Below, one piece after another: positions 18,578-26,123 of a stretch of 36,387 nucleotides of DNA. A program made the translations under genes and the position numbers. Origin of the DNA: Candidatus Hermodarchaeota archaeon (lineage in GTDB: Archaea; Asgardarchaeota; Hermodarchaeia; Hermodarchaeales; Hermodarchaeaceae); assembly GCA_016840065.1 (NCBI GenBank), contig JAEOTB010000042.1, positions 1 through 36,387 on the forward strand, given 5' to 3'. How positions within the stretch are numbered: the first letter of the stretch is position 1; each line of letters starts with the position of its first letter. The notes beneath the pieces were generated by a model. It was not told where the DNA came from. It saw nothing but the letters and a program-made list of their open reading frames with translations, and did no database searches.

Positions 18578-18667
18578 GATAGAATCCCCTTAGGGACTAA
18601 TTTCTCCTTCTAGATTGTATTCCGCCATTTTTAACGGTAGGAATTCCGAACACGATTAACAGAAAAT

Positions 18668-18684
18668 ATTGCGAGAATCGCAAT
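18668..18684. promoter_or_regulatory. Perfect palindromic operator in the divergent promoter region
   Basis: ATTGCGA-GAA-TCGCAAT, 91-107 bp upstream of the paralog 2 start and upstream of the divergent Sec23/24-like gene. Confidence 0.65.
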
Positions 18685-18812
18685 GGATGAAAGAACCCAC
18701 AAATAAACACCAGATTCAACAAGAATCGGGCTAGAAGACGACAGGCTTATGTACGCGTTTTTCAGAAGCAACTTTGTATCCTAGTCAAATAAAGACGGGG
18801 GATTCCAATAAC

Positions 18813-20435
18813 ATGTTTAAAACAAGCTCAACATACTTTCCACAAGAAACAAAGCTCCTCAAGGGAATGCCTTGGGTGGGTCGCATCAGCTTCGGTGACC
18901 TTGTAGAGAAGGTCGAAGAAATCGCAACCAAGCCCATCATGTGCAATTCCTGTGGGGGAGCTCTGACTAACCCAGGCATCATACAGATTGACCCCAGTAA
19001 GGGCAAATATTTTCTCTGCGAGTTCTGCGGAACCATGAATATCATTCCGAAGGACTTGATGCCCGGAGCCGACATTTCAGAATTCATGCTTGGTCGGCTA
19101 ACTGGTACCGCAAAACCCATCACCGAAGACACACTTCTTGCTGTCATCGACGTCTCTGGGTCAATGAGTGGCGGAAAACTCGAAGCAGTAAAGGAATCAC
19201 TAATCCGAACCATCACCGACTTGGGTGTTAACCAGCCTGACACAACATTCGGATTGATTACTTTCACAACCGACGTTATGATCCACGACGAAGAGATGAA
19301 GGAAATCCTGAGACTATCAGGAGATACAAGATACAGTGTCAAGGAAATCACCAAGAAAGTCGAGAAGGCTCTTGGTAAAATCAAGTTCAAGCCACTGAAG
19401 AAGACAAGGAAAAAGTGGGTAGAAGGCATTGAGAAACTTCGCCATCAGAGCGCTACCGCACTCGGTCCTGCAATGGTCGCAGCATATGTCCTTATGAAGA
19501 AGCGAGGTGGACGCGTCATCCTCCTCACCGACGGGCTCGCCAATGAAGGTGTCGGACGACTTGAAGGAGGCTCCAGCCAAGAGGGCGCAAAGCTCTATGA
19601 GAACCTGGCTGCAGAAGCAGCAAACGCAAGCATAATCGTTGACGTAGTCGGTATCAAGGACCCCAGCGCCTTCATGGCACTAGAAGCCCTAGCTATAATG
19701 TCGATGGAGACCGGTGGCACTATGTTCTATGCTGATAGAAGTGACCTTGCTTCAGCCCTTGGAACTAGCTCTAGGGAGAAAATCGTTGCCCGTGGAGTAC
19801 GACTACGAGTTATCACACCGAAAGGTGTAGAGATAGCTGAAGTCAGTGGGTTGGGTGCTCCCAAACCCGAAGCGGTTCGTGAAGGACTCCGTCTGGGATC
19901 AGTCACCGCTGACCGTGAGGTTTACGTACGCTTGGCCCCCAAGCGCAAAATGAAGGTGGACGAGATTCCCATCCAACTTCAGGTCTCCTACACGGATGAA
20001 GACGGAGCGCAGCGGATGCGTGTCTTCACCCGGCGTGTCAAAGTCACTAAAGAAGCTGACCAGATTGTCGAAACCATGGATGCTGAGTTGCCTACCACCT
20101 TTGCCGTCCAAAGGGCTGGTGAGGAACAGTATCGTGGTGATGTTCGCCGTAGCCAAGAAATCCTAGAAGAGGCGCAGAGAGCCATGGAATCTGCGGGTGC
20201 CAGCGCACCTCCTGCACTAGCTAAAGCTATGAGGAGGGCTAGTCGCGTCCTTGAAAGGGAGGCTGAGGAAGCTGAAGAAGTGGCGGTGCGTCAGAAGGCC
20301 GAATCAGCTCGGCGAGCACCGATGCGGGCAAAACAAGTGGCTGCCATCGCCGACGAAGACGCCGCCGGAAGCATGCAGCGTGCCCGAAGCTCCAGTAAAG
20401 CCCTCTTCGAAAATGCTGAAGAGGAAGAGGAATAG
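18813..20435 (+). CDS. Sec23/Sec24-like protein: Sec23/24-type zinc finger, vWA trunk, beta-sandwich and helical tail
   Basis: PIMCNSCGGALTNP...YFLCEFCGTMNIIP (zf-Sec23/24 spacing), VIDVSGSM (vWA MIDAS), ATALGPAMVAA...GGRVILLTDGLANEGVG, ETGG, VARGVRLRV, IQLQVSYTDEDGAQRMRVFT (Sec23/24 beta-sandwich-like). ATG at 18813 preferred over TTG 18774. Confidence 0.8.
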   Translation: MFKTSSTYFPQETKLLKGMPWVGRISFGDLVEKVEEIATKPIMCNSCGGALTNPGIIQIDPSKGKYFLCEFCGTMNIIPKDLMPGADISEFMLGRLTGTAKPITEDTLLAVIDVSGSMSGGKLEAVKESLIRTITDLGVNQPDTTFGLITFTTDVMIHDEEMKEILRLSGDTRYSVKEITKKVEKALGKIKFKPLKKTRKKWVEGIEKLRHQSATALGPAMVAAYVLMKKRGGRVILLTDGLANEGVGRLEGGSSQEGAKLYENLAAEAANASIIVDVVGIKDPSAFMALEALAIMSMETGGTMFYADRSDLASALGTSSREKIVARGVRLRVITPKGVEIAEVSGLGAPKPEAVREGLRLGSVTADREVYVRLAPKRKMKVDEIPIQLQVSYTDEDGAQRMRVFTRRVKVTKEADQIVETMDAELPTTFAVQRAGEEQYRGDVRRSQEILEEAQRAMESAGASAPPALAKAMRRASRVLEREAEEAEEVAVRQKAESARRAPMRAKQVAAIADEDAAGSMQRARSSSKALFENAEEEEE

Positions 20436-20464
20436 CAGACACTGCTATTGACAGTTAAACATTC

Positions 20465-20504
20465 TCTCCGCTGCTTTGTGGCGGCGGAGACTCCTTCTTT
20501 TTTT
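20465..20504 (+). terminator. Hairpin plus U tract after the Sec23/24-like gene
   Basis: TCTCCGCTGC-TTTGTG-GCGGCGGAGA followed by CTCCTTCTTTTTTT. Confidence 0.65.
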
Positions 20505-20522
20505 CGCCCACCGATTCCTAGG

Positions 20523-21698
20523 CTAGAAACGTTCCATAATAGGCTTGTATTGCTTGAAGAGGTAGCGGGAGATTACATAACGCTGAATCTGACTGGTCCC
20601 TTCATAAATCTGGTATAGTTTAGCATCGCGGAAGAGTTTCTGGATGGGGTATTGTTCCAGATAACCTTTGCCGCCATAGATTTGCAGGGCATCTGTGACA
20701 ATGCGCATCGCGTCTTCAGCCCCAACAAGTTTGGCACAGCTCGAGATGACATTAGAGAGGTGCTGTTCTGCCTTTTGGTCTACGAGCCAGGCTGCTTTCC
20801 AGGTAAGCAGACGCATGGCTTCAATCCTAGCGTACATCTCAGCAATCATCTGTTGAATAGCTTGGAAGCTGGAGATTTTGTGTTCAAAGGCTTCCCGCTG
20901 CTTCGCGTAATTAATCGCATACTCCATTGCTGACCGAGCAAGACCGGTAGCCATGGCTCCGATGGCAGGGCGGGTGTGAACGAAGGTCATCATAGCTAGC
21001 ATGAATCCCATCCCCTCACCACCCAAGAGGTTGTCTTTAGGAACACGCGCATTTCGTAAAACGACGGCGGCAGTATCGGAAGCACGATGCCCCAGTTTCT
21101 TAAGGGGCTTACCTGTGGAGACCCCCTCTGTGTCCTGGGGGACAATGAAGGCGCATAGCCCATTGTGCCGCTTGGTGCCTTTGAGGCGAGCAAAGATTAC
21201 GTAAAGGTCAGCGAAGTTCCCGTTTGTGATCCAGAACTTGCTTCCATTGAGGATGTAGTCGTCACCGTCTCGTTCACAGGTTGATTTAATGCCTGCAACG
21301 TCTGAGCCCATCCCAGACTCGCTGGTCGCGAAGGACACGAAGCGTAACTTCTCTGTTAGGAAAGGGAGCCATTTTTCTTTCTGGGCTTGGCTTCCCCCAA
21401 TGATTATGGGGGATGCTCCAAGGTCGTTGACATAGATTGAGGTGGTCATCCCTGCACAGGCAGCCGCCATCTCTTCAACAACGAGCACAGAATCCAATGA
21501 ACCGTGACCAGGACCACCGTATTCCTTGGGTATACCGAGATTCATGAGCCCTGCTTTGTGGGCTTTCGCTATGACCCCTCGGGGGAATTTACCGGTCTTG
21601 TCATACTGAGCAGATACCGGGAGAACTTCATCGAGAGCGAATTTCCTTGCCTTTTCTTGGAGTTTATTCTGCTCCTCTGTAAGTTGAAACCCAATCAT
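20523..21698 (-). CDS. Acyl-CoA dehydrogenase
   Basis: FATSESGMGSDVAGI, YILNGSKFWITNG, KKLGHRASDTA, YAKQREAF, ALQIYGGKGY, FRDAKLYQIYEGTSQIQR. Start placed at MIGFQL (21698). Confidence 0.94.
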   Translation of the reverse strand: MIGFQLTEEQNKLQEKARKFALDEVLPVSAQYDKTGKFPRGVIAKAHKAGLMNLGIPKEYGGPGHGSLDSVLVVEEMAAACAGMTTSIYVNDLGASPIIIGGSQAQKEKWLPFLTEKLRFVSFATSESGMGSDVAGIKSTCERDGDDYILNGSKFWITNGNFADLYVIFARLKGTKRHNGLCAFIVPQDTEGVSTGKPLKKLGHRASDTAAVVLRNARVPKDNLLGGEGMGFMLAMMTFVHTRPAIGAMATGLARSAMEYAINYAKQREAFEHKISSFQAIQQMIAEMYARIEAMRLLTWKAAWLVDQKAEQHLSNVISSCAKLVGAEDAMRIVTDALQIYGGKGYLEQYPIQKLFRDAKLYQIYEGTSQIQRYVISRYLFKQYKPIMERF

Positions 21699-21832
21699 GA
21701 TATTTAGCCTCCTTCCCTGTAAATCCCTTTTGCAAGTATTTGAGTTAAACTCTCTTACTAAGGAGTCGTTGTCTGCCTTATGCGACATCGTTTTAGGCGG
21801 CAGGCTCTCTAAGGAGCTAGCTTCCTAAAGAG

Positions 21833-23695
21833 GTGAGAATGATGCCTGAGAAGGGTCAGCCAACTGAATTCGCTGGTGACAGTTCCTTTGAAGAGACACC
21901 ACCTCTGAAGTCTAAGCGAATTCTTACAGCAAGAGGTATATGCCTCGCAATTTTCCTTAATATCGTATACACATTAATCAATGCCTATCTCGGGCTTAAC
22001 TTCGGTATGGGGATGGGCTTTGGCATCATCACCGTGCTTGTAGCATATGTCCTCTTTAACCGTAGAGGCGAAGGCAGTAATCGCCAAGAAGTCACCACTG
22101 CGATGGTTGCATCGACAGGCTTCGTTATGTACTATCTGCTATCCTTGTCAATCTACATCCAAGCCTACGTACCTGGTGCTAATCTGCCCTGGTGGTTGGT
22201 ACCCTCTCAAGATGTTCTTCTCTATGGTAGTATACTGGACCCAGCTTGGATTGTCCCGGTTATTTTTCATTTCGTGTTTGTGATTGCTGGAACACTACTG
22301 GGAATAGTAATCGCCCTAGCTCTCAGTGAGTTGGTTCTTGCACGGAAGAAGTCGGTTTTTCCCTTCTACACAGCCAGCGGTGTGACCATCGATACCTGTT
22401 TCCAGTCAGAAACCGAGTCACGGTTTATGTTCAAATGGCTGGGGATTGGGGTTCTCCTGACCTTCATCCAGGGGATTATCAACCTCCTTGTTGAACCCTT
22501 TGGGTACAGCGCCACCGACTGGGACTTCACCCCCTTTCTTCCGACCGGTTTCGCTTTAGGGTTTATGCTGAACATCAGCCTAATGGCGGTTAGTTACATC
22601 ATTGACCCCAAAGTTTCCATTACACTGCTTTTCGCAGGTATCATCACCTATCTGGTCCTTGCACCCCTTCTGACCGTAACGGGGCTGTTTGTGCCACCTC
22701 CTTCACCCACTGGCATGGATTTTTACTTTGATTTCCTCTTCAATTTCTCTCTTAGCCCAGCCTTAGGCATGATGCTGCTCAGCAGCTTCGTTGTCCTCGG
22801 TATCCACAAACTCCGAGCTCGCCTAAAAACCAAAGAAGAGATTGATCCTGAACCTAAATCCGAAATCCGTGACAGTCTAGGCTTTGGTGAATACACCCAG
22901 CAGTTTTTCCGAGGGCTTGGTAAAAAACCGAAGCTGGGTGTTTCCGCCCTACTCCTTCTTGCCTTCTTCGTTATACTCACTGTTGTTGTTGATCTTTTCT
23001 CACCCTATCCCTTCTGGATTAGTATAGTAATTGCCCTTTTCCTTATGATACCTGTGGCAGTCATTGATGTGTATATTCTAATCAAGTTCGTCGGTGAAGC
23101 AGGACTCGGAATGGGAATCCAGCGGCTGGCCTTCTACGAGGTACCCCTTGCCTCTGTAGGCCTTTCTGGTTACTTGCCCTTTCTAGCTTACCCCCGGCTG
23201 AATCCCTTCGCTACGACCGATCTTCTCGGGAACCTGAAGATAGGGGAAATTACAGGCACCCCCAAAGGGGCAATCTTGAAAGCGCAGCTTCTGAAAATCC
23301 TGCCTGGCAGCATTACGAGCATAATCTTTGTCTTGGCTGCGTGGTACTTCGTCGGTTTCCCCAGCGAATCCTTCCCAGCAATCGGGGTGCTCCAGAGCTA
23401 TGCTATCGTGACCCTCTTTGCAACTTGGGGCGTTGGAATCAACCTTGTGACTTTCCTCGTTGGGGGCCTATTAGTTGGGGTTCTCGCCGCTTTCGCTCCC
23501 ATCTCGTCCCTCGGTGTTGCTCTAGCGATGTTCCTCCCACCCTCTTACTTTATCCCCTTCTCCTTTGGTGGGTTCATCCGCATCTACAGTGATCGCAAGT
23601 TAGGAAAGAAGTGGTTCCAGGAGCGAGGACAAATCATCGCTATCGGCTTTATTGCAGGGGCTGCCATCACACAAGTAATCATGGCATTCCTCTAA
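21833..23695 (+). CDS. OPT/YSL-family oligopeptide transporter
   Basis: LTARGICLAI...INAYLGLNFG, many TM helices, DLLGNLKIGEITGTP, LGVALAMFLPP, IAIGFIAG. Confidence 0.82.
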   Translation: MRMMPEKGQPTEFAGDSSFEETPPLKSKRILTARGICLAIFLNIVYTLINAYLGLNFGMGMGFGIITVLVAYVLFNRRGEGSNRQEVTTAMVASTGFVMYYLLSLSIYIQAYVPGANLPWWLVPSQDVLLYGSILDPAWIVPVIFHFVFVIAGTLLGIVIALALSELVLARKKSVFPFYTASGVTIDTCFQSETESRFMFKWLGIGVLLTFIQGIINLLVEPFGYSATDWDFTPFLPTGFALGFMLNISLMAVSYIIDPKVSITLLFAGIITYLVLAPLLTVTGLFVPPPSPTGMDFYFDFLFNFSLSPALGMMLLSSFVVLGIHKLRARLKTKEEIDPEPKSEIRDSLGFGEYTQQFFRGLGKKPKLGVSALLLLAFFVILTVVVDLFSPYPFWISIVIALFLMIPVAVIDVYILIKFVGEAGLGMGIQRLAFYEVPLASVGLSGYLPFLAYPRLNPFATTDLLGNLKIGEITGTPKGAILKAQLLKILPGSITSIIFVLAAWYFVGFPSESFPAIGVLQSYAIVTLFATWGVGINLVTFLVGGLLVGVLAAFAPISSLGVALAMFLPPSYFIPFSFGGFIRIYSDRKLGKKWFQERGQIIAIGFIAGAAITQVIMAFL

Positions 23696-23712
23696 TTGTA
23701 GATGATTTCAAC

Positions 23713-24168
23713 ATGTTGTCTAAAGAAGAAACGGTAAGGTTGTCGGCGGGATATGCCGAGAGGGGATTCCTCTGCTCTGAAGCTGTGCTGCTGGCTCTGA
23801 GTAAATATCAAGAAATCAAAACTGACATCATTCCTCGGATCGCCACAGGCTTTGGCGCAGGAATCGGTCGAATAGGTGAAGTGTGTGGTGCTTTCACAGG
23901 AGGCGTGATGGGCCTGGGGCTCAAGTACGGAAGAGTAAAAGTTAGCATGGATCCCGCTGAACGCCCTGTTCACTGGTTTGCCACCGAACTTGTAAAACAA
24001 TTCAAGGCAGAGTTTGGTCACCTCCGTTGCCGAGACCTGCTAGGGTTGGATGTGTCGAGTAGGGAGGCACTGAAGAGGTATCGTGAGCAGAAGATGTGGG
24101 AGAATCAGTGTCGTGAATACATCAAGACAACGACAAGCTTAGCTTATGAGATTCTCCAGAAAGAGTAA
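23713..24168 (+). CDS. C_GCAxxG_C_C family putative redox protein
   Basis: GFLCSEAVL, ATGFGAGIG, EVCGAFTGG, FGHLRCRDLLG, QCREYI. ATG at 23713. Confidence 0.9.
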   Translation: MLSKEETVRLSAGYAERGFLCSEAVLLALSKYQEIKTDIIPRIATGFGAGIGRIGEVCGAFTGGVMGLGLKYGRVKVSMDPAERPVHWFATELVKQFKAEFGHLRCRDLLGLDVSSREALKRYREQKMWENQCREYIKTTTSLAYEILQKE

Positions 24169-24589
24169 GGGCTCTACTGGAAACATTTATTTATGTCCGT
24201 TTGTTTTTTGGCAGTTGTAGGAAGGGGTTCAACATCTGTTCGATTCAGAGAACTCTTTCTACGAGCTATTAGGAGATGCCTCAAAACATTGCTAACCTAC
24301 ACTGCATTGAAAGACGATGGCTGTGAGAATTCTTCTCCACTGGACATGCCTCCGTGGTCTGAGACCATGTCCGAATAGTGTTAGCTGGCAGCTTAGGTGG
24401 GCTGCCTTTGATGGGCATCGGTTGCTACTTCTTAGGGCTCTTACACGCAAATAGGAGTTCCTTTCGGTGATACGGACTCGACAGTAGATTCTCCTGTTTT
24501 GGGTCGGGTTCACACCAGAAGTTTCGTTGGCATCTTCAAGGCTAGTCAATAATAGGTTAATCATTTATCTAATCATATAACAAAGTAAC

Positions 24590-24610
24590 ATAACATTTAA
24601 ATATAAGTAT
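24590..24610 (+). promoter_or_regulatory. AT-rich TATA-like promoter of the ubiquitin-like operon
   Basis: ACATTTAAATATAAGT ~45 bp upstream of the 24647 start, within the most AT-rich patch of the surrounding region. Confidence 0.5.
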
Positions 24611-24646
24611 TCCTATCCTATTTTCAATAGACACCTCTGGTGAACA

Positions 24647-24904
24647 ATGCTGGCTAGGAAGATTCGGATCAGGAAACTAACCCCGATGGGCCATGAAACC
24701 GTTATGGCAGATCCGGAAGACGTGTTGCCCATCATCGAGGAGGCGTTGATGCAGCGCCGCTTCGTGTTTTGCGAGCCTATGCGGGTGATGGTTCGCAACC
24801 TCAACGAGGCGCGTCGGCTCATGAACGACCTCCAAGAGGTGGTGATTATGCCGCCGGTTGCCGGCGGCTGCTCCATCCATTTCCACCCAGAAGGACCTAT
24901 CTGA
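24647..24904 (+). CDS. Small ubiquitin-like / beta-grasp-like protein with PPVAGG motif and 11-aa C-terminal extension
   Basis: 74-aa core ends EVVIMPPVAGG (MoaD/ThiS/SAMP-like terminus), then CSIHFHPEGPI; GGTGA upstream of the start. Confidence 0.72.
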   Translation: MLARKIRIRKLTPMGHETVMADPEDVLPIIEEALMQRRFVFCEPMRVMVRNLNEARRLMNDLQEVVIMPPVAGGCSIHFHPEGPI

Positions 24905-24911
24905 TCGGTGA

Positions 24912-25442
24912 ATGTTGACAGTGATTAGTAAGCGTGATGCACGACGTAGTTTGCGTTCGAGCCTTTTGGACCGCGTTCGTAACAACCCCAGAGATGCTGG
25001 GCTTTATTCACTTTCCAAGCGGAAAGTACGAGTGCGATTAGGGAAGCAGAGTTTGGTGTTGCGTGAATGCGACCCGTTGGTAGCAGAGATTGATCGAATT
25101 CTTGGTGAGTATCGCGCACAAGTGCAGGCATCAATGGAGCCTGCTCGTGTTGTCAACGGAAAAGCAGAACGCAGGGCTAAGCGTCTACTCCATGAGATTG
25201 CTAGGAAGCACGAACGTCTCCGCCTTGAAAACGAAGAGGTTTTCGTTACTAGCACCAACGGTGGTCGGTACGTGATTTCCATTAAGGGCGGTACTGTGTA
25301 TTGGCTTCGTGGTAGGACCCGACGATATGTTTGTGTTATCGCGGACTATTGGTACAAGGGAGAGCGCCTCCCCCAGGCAGATCTTGTTATCGCTATCGCG
25401 CTCACCATTGCTTATGCCCCAAGCCTCATCCACACCCTGTGA
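24912..25442 (+). CDS. Uncharacterised protein, tandem paralog A (conserved Cys and LPxAD motif)
   Basis: Aligns end to end with 25523-26053. The true start may be GTG 24921 based on RBS spacing and the paralog. Confidence 0.85.
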   Translation: MLTVISKRDARRSLRSSLLDRVRNNPRDAGLYSLSKRKVRVRLGKQSLVLRECDPLVAEIDRILGEYRAQVQASMEPARVVNGKAERRAKRLLHEIARKHERLRLENEEVFVTSTNGGRYVISIKGGTVYWLRGRTRRYVCVIADYWYKGERLPQADLVIAIALTIAYAPSLIHTL

Positions 25443-25522
25443 AGGGTTCAGCAATTTAGTGAAATGAGTATGACAGCTTTGAGAGATTAAAGAAGAATCT
25501 TAATGATTGGTGATTATCGACT

Positions 25523-26053
25523 GTGACTAGTAAACGTGCTGTACGACGAGGAATGCGTGCAAGCCTACTGGACCGTGTTCGTAGAGACACTAGAGCCACT
25601 GTAATCAAAGTGGTTTCTAAACGCAAGGTGTTGATTGGACATGGTAACCTGAGTCTAGTGTTGCACAACACTGACCCTCTAGCTGAAGAAATCGAGCAGA
25701 TTTATGATGCATACCATGAGAAGCAGATAGCTGAATGGGAGGCTGCTCAGGCCCTCAATGCCGTCAAGGCCGCATCTCAGAGGGCCAAGCGTTTACTCCA
25801 CGAGATTGTACGGGAACACGATTGCCTTACTATTGAGGATGGAGACGTTATCGTTGATAGTGCAAATGGTCGGCGATACGCGATTTCGATCAAGACCGGC
25901 TCCACCTACCGTATTGGGAGTAAGAAGCGCCGCTTTGTCTGCGTACAGGTACCCTACTCCTTTCCTGGTGGTCATGTCCTTCCACTTGCGGACAGGATTA
26001 TTGCTAAGGTACTTACAATCGCCTATGCCCCTCGCTTCATCAATACTCTTTGA
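25523..26053 (+). CDS. Uncharacterised protein, tandem paralog B
   Basis: Shared blocks SLLDRVR, SKRKV, DPL..EI, RAKRLLHEI, NG.RY.ISIK.G, VCV, LP.AD..IA..LTIAYAP..I.TL; GGTGA 9 nt before GTG. Confidence 0.85.
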   Translation: MTSKRAVRRGMRASLLDRVRRDTRATVIKVVSKRKVLIGHGNLSLVLHNTDPLAEEIEQIYDAYHEKQIAEWEAAQALNAVKAASQRAKRLLHEIVREHDCLTIEDGDVIVDSANGRRYAISIKTGSTYRIGSKKRRFVCVQVPYSFPGGHVLPLADRIIAKVLTIAYAPRFINTL

Positions 26054-26123
26054 GAGAATCATTGAGCACCATAACGCCTTTGAATTGGGAGCGAATGTAT
26101 GAGACACAGAAGGCGATGATGAC

